DNA of 64,000 nucleotides, taken from positions 24,926,001 through 24,990,000 of the forward strand of contig NC_058368.1 of assembly GCF_018350175.1 (NCBI RefSeq). The letters run 5' to 3'. The stretch is from Felis catus (Eukaryota). Below the pieces are notes generated by a model that saw only the letters and a program-made list of their open reading frames with translations, searched no databases and was not told the origin of the DNA. A program made the translations under genes and the position numbers. This document shows positions 60,498 through 64,000 of this stretch, piece by piece (the stretch's first letter is position 1; each line of letters opens with the position of its first letter).

Positions 60498-61394
60498 AAA
60501 ATACTGTATTCAGTCAAACTATTGTGCACGTATGAGGTAAAGACAGATAACTTTGGATACAAAAGGGTCAAAGTCACACCATTTGGATAAAATTATTTAA
60601 AGTGCTAAATTAAAGAGAATATTCTACACCCAAAAATCACTTTTAGGTAGATTAAGAGTAAAAGACAGAATTCCCAAAAATTAGAGGACTGTTTTTGTAA
60701 CCTTAGAGTTGAGAAATATTTCTTAAAGATTTAAATGAATGTTTATTAACAAAGTTTAGGATTTCATTTATAGATGATATAATTTTCTGTTCCTTATTAA
60801 TAAAACATGGAGGCCACCTAAAAACTTACCAATCTGAAACTGTTTAGTTATGGAGCATATCTATTTGATGAAATTCAATACAATTTATAAAAATTATTAC
60901 ATCTATTTTTTGTTGTAGAAAGATCCCCATGCTGTGTTTAGTACAAAAAATTTTAGAAAACGTTGTAAAAAGATTGGGGGAGGGGGAAAGAGACATGGAA
61001 AAAGTGTGGGCATATATCCAAGTTGTTAACAAGGGTTATCCTTGGGTAGTGGAATTATACATGATTTTTATTTTCTTCATCTATCTTTCTATATAAGCTA
61101 AAAAAAAAAAAAAAAGTTCATGAAGTTGTCCTGTGTCATTTCTTTTGTTGGAAAGAATCTTCCTATTCCACCTCTATCTTTCTCAGAAACCTACCCTTTA
61201 AAATTATGTAAGCGGCAAGTAAATTATTCGCTCATTTCTGTGTGTTGCTTTTTTTCTGGATATTGATTACTATTGCGTAAGATAGTAAAAGGCAAGGCAT
61301 TGGAAGGAATGCTACCATTTTTAAAATGAAAAAATACCCATTTGACCTCCCAAAAGTAATTGGACCTCTAACGATAGCTTTGTGTCACCTTCAG

Positions 61395-61592
61395 GAATTC
61401 AAAAGGCAACCAGAGTAAAAAGAAAGGACCTCGAACGCCTAGTCCACCCCCTCCTTTACAGGAGGATATTGTTCTGGGGAAAAAATATAAAGAAAAGTAT
61501 AAAGTAAAAGACAGGATAGAAGAAAAACCAAGAGACGGAAAGGACAGAGGACGAGATTTTGAAAGACAAAGAGAAAAAAGAGACAAGCCAAG
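61395..61592 (+). CDS. ZC3H13: ZC3H13 exon 8, 198 nt, phase 2-2; gene continues beyond window
   Basis: ttcag|G AAT...AG|gtatgt; NSKGNQSKKKGPRTPSPPPPLQEDIVLGKKYKEKYKVKDRIEEKPRDGKDRGRDFERQREKRDKP. Confidence 0.93.
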
Positions 61593-61769
61593 GTATGTAG
61601 GATTGTATGTTTTCGGCACTCTTTTGTAGAATCTAAAATACTTTTCGTAAGCTTTTTAGGCATTACTGTAATAGATTTTTTTCCGTGTTTTAAAACTCTG
61701 TGTATGTGTACTTAATAATTCCCATATTGAGTTAGGGATAATTCAGTAAACGGTACCTTAAACGTTTTT

Positions 61770-64000
61770 TTTATGATCATGAAATAATAAAATTTTCAAT
61801 CTTAACCATTTTTAAGTATACAGTTTAGTAATGTTGAGTATATTCACATTGTTATGAAACAGATCTCCAGAACGTTTCATCTTGTGCATCTGAAATTCAT
61901 CTGAATACCCATTTAAATGACTCCTGTTCCCCTCTAACCCCCAGGTCCCCAGCCCCTAGTAACCACCATTCATTCTATTTTCTGTCTTTATGAATTTGAC
62001 TGCTTTAGATACCTCATGTAAATGGACTCATTTTGGTTTTTTGTGACTAACTTATTTCACCTAGCATGATGTCTTTAAGCTTCATCCATGTTGTAGCATG
62101 TGACGGGATTGCCTCGCCTTTTAAAGCTGAATATCCCATTGCCTGTATATCCAATTCTCTGTTGGACAGATGGGTAACTTCCACCTCTTGACTGTAAATA
62201 TCTCTCCAAGACCCTTCTTTTGATTCTTTGGATATGTACTCCAAAGTTGAATTGCTAAATCGTATGATAGTTCTGTTTTTAATTTTTTGAGGAAATTTCA
62301 TACTGTTTTCCATACCCGTTGCCCCATTTTACAACCCCACCAACATTGTACAAGCGTTTGAGTTTTTCCACATCCTCACCAACATTTATTATTTTTTGTT
62401 TTTTGGACAGTAGCCATCCTAATAGATGTGAGGTGATACCTCATTGTGGTTTTGATTTGACATTTCACTGATGATTAGTGATGTTGAGCATCTTTTCACA
62501 TATTTGTTGACCATTAGTATATCATCTTTGAAATAATGTCTATTTAATTCTCTACCCAATTTTTAATTGAGTTATTGATTTTTGTTCTTAAGTTTTAGGA
62601 ATCTATTATCTATTCTGGATATTAACCTCTTACCAGATATATGATTTATGAGTATTTTCTCCTGTTTATAGGTTGCATTTTCACTCTTTTGATAACGTCT
62701 TTTGATGCACCAAAAGTTTTATGCTTGTTGTGGTCCCATTTGTCTCTTTTTGTTCTTGTTGCCTATACTTTTGGTGTCATTGCCAAGACGTTATTGCCAT
62801 ATCCAATGTTATAAAGATTTTCTGTTATGCTTTTGTGTTGGAGTTTTATAGTTTTACATCTTACACTTAGGTTTTTAATCCTTTGGAGTTAATTTTTGTA
62901 CATAGCATAAGATAAGGGTCCAGCTTTGGGGCGCCTGGGTGGCTCAGTCGGTTAAGCATCCGACTTCAGCTCAGGTCATGATCTCACAGTCTGTGAGTTC
63001 GAGCCCTGCGTCAGGCTCTGTGCTGACAGTTCAGAGCCTGGAGCCTGCTTCAGATTCTGTGTCTCCCTCTCTCTCTGCCCCTCCCCTGCTCATGCTGTGT
63101 CTCTCTCTGTCTCAAAAATAAATAAAAACATAAAAAAAAAAAAAAAAAGATAAGGGTCTAGCTTCATTTTTTTTTTTTTTTTTTTTTTTTTGGCATGTAG
63201 ATAGCCAATTTTCCCAGCACTGTTTTTTGAAAAGACTGTCTTTTCCCCATTGAGTGGTCTTGGCCCCCTTGTTAGAGATCATTTGATCATATATGCAAGG
63301 ATTTATTTCTGGGCCCTCTGTAGTATTTCACTAGTCTGTCTTTATGCCAGTACCACACTGTTTTGATGGCTTAGCTTTCAAATACATTTTAAAATCAGGA
63401 AATATGAGTCCTCTCACTTTGTTCTTCTATTTGAAAATTATTTTGACTTATTTACATGTCCCTTGGAATTCTATATCAATTTGGGGATGAATTTTTATAT
63501 TTCTATGAAGAATGCCATTGGGATTTTGATTGCGATTGTGTCAAATCTGTAGGACGCTTTGGAGAGTAAGGACATCGTAACAGTTTTAAGCCTTTCAGTC
63601 TGTGAGCATCTTTCCACTTATTTGTGTTTTCTTGAATGTATTTCAACGATGTTTTGTAGTTTTCAGTGTACAAGGTTTTCAACTGCTTGGTTAGGTTTAT
63701 TCCTAAAGTGTTATATTCTTTTTTTATGCTACTGTAAATGGAATTGTTTTCATAATTTCTTTTTCAGATTGTTTATTGTTAGTGTATAGAAACAACTGGT
63801 TTTTGTGTGTTGATTTTGTGTCCTGCGATTTCACTGAATTTATTAGTTCTAACAGTGCGTGTGAGTGCATGCACACATGCACATAACCCGTAGGCATTTC
63901 TACGTATAAGATCCTGCCATCTTAGAATGGAGACAATTTTACCTCTTCCTTTGTAGTTTGGTTGCCTTTCATTTCTTTTTCTTGCCTATTTGCTCTGGCT
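61770..64000 (-). mobile_element. L1 3' portion (L1MA/MB-like), running off the window
   Basis: Reverse ORF2 remnants (track ORF 62047-62313: MENSMKFPQKIK...HATTWMKLKDIMLGEIS). Confidence 0.88.
62928..63147 (+). mobile_element. SINEC_Fc nested in L1
   Basis: TSD AGATAAGGGTC(C/T)AGCTT. Confidence 0.93.

Noticed and set aside
2401..63121. Many 60-130 aa ORFs with recurring text such as AQSVKRPTSAQV...EPASDSVSPSLSAP or RQRETEHERGRGRERGRH
   Set aside because: Translations of SINEC_Fc copies on either strand, not a gene family.
1..64000. CRISPR-like or prokaryotic systems suggested by recurring repeats
   Set aside because: Repeats are dispersed SINEs with irregular spacing in a spliced mammalian locus; there is no repeat-spacer array or operon.

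Overview
Mammalian genomic DNA from a felid, judged by about 36 tRNA-derived CAN-SINE/SINEC_Fc copies and felid-type L1. Two genes lie head-to-tail on the + strand. (1) The last five coding exons of CPB2 (carboxypeptidase B2/TAFI; exons 7-11 by human numbering) run from 395 to 18685. (2) Under 1 kb downstream, a CpG-island promoter, a non-coding first exon and the first seven coding exons of ZC3H13 (CCCH zinc finger, m6A writer complex adaptor; ATG 26074) follow, and the gene continues past the window. All exons were read manually with GT-AG boundaries and consistent phases. Introns are filled with SINEs, L1, L2/MIR, MaLR LTRs and hAT MITEs. Most ORF-track entries are SINE/L1 artefacts. No new gene family is evident. 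The best leads are RNA-level hypotheses: an AAG-TAG tandem acceptor at ZC3H13 exon 2 that adds or removes an in-frame stop between a stop-free, CUG-containing exon-1 frame and the main AUG; a tight inverted pair of young SINEs around CPB2 exon 10; the very compact CPB2/ZC3H13 junction; and candidate poison or terminal exons in ZC3H13. Comparisons with human or mouse sequences and repeat subfamily names come from memory and need checking.
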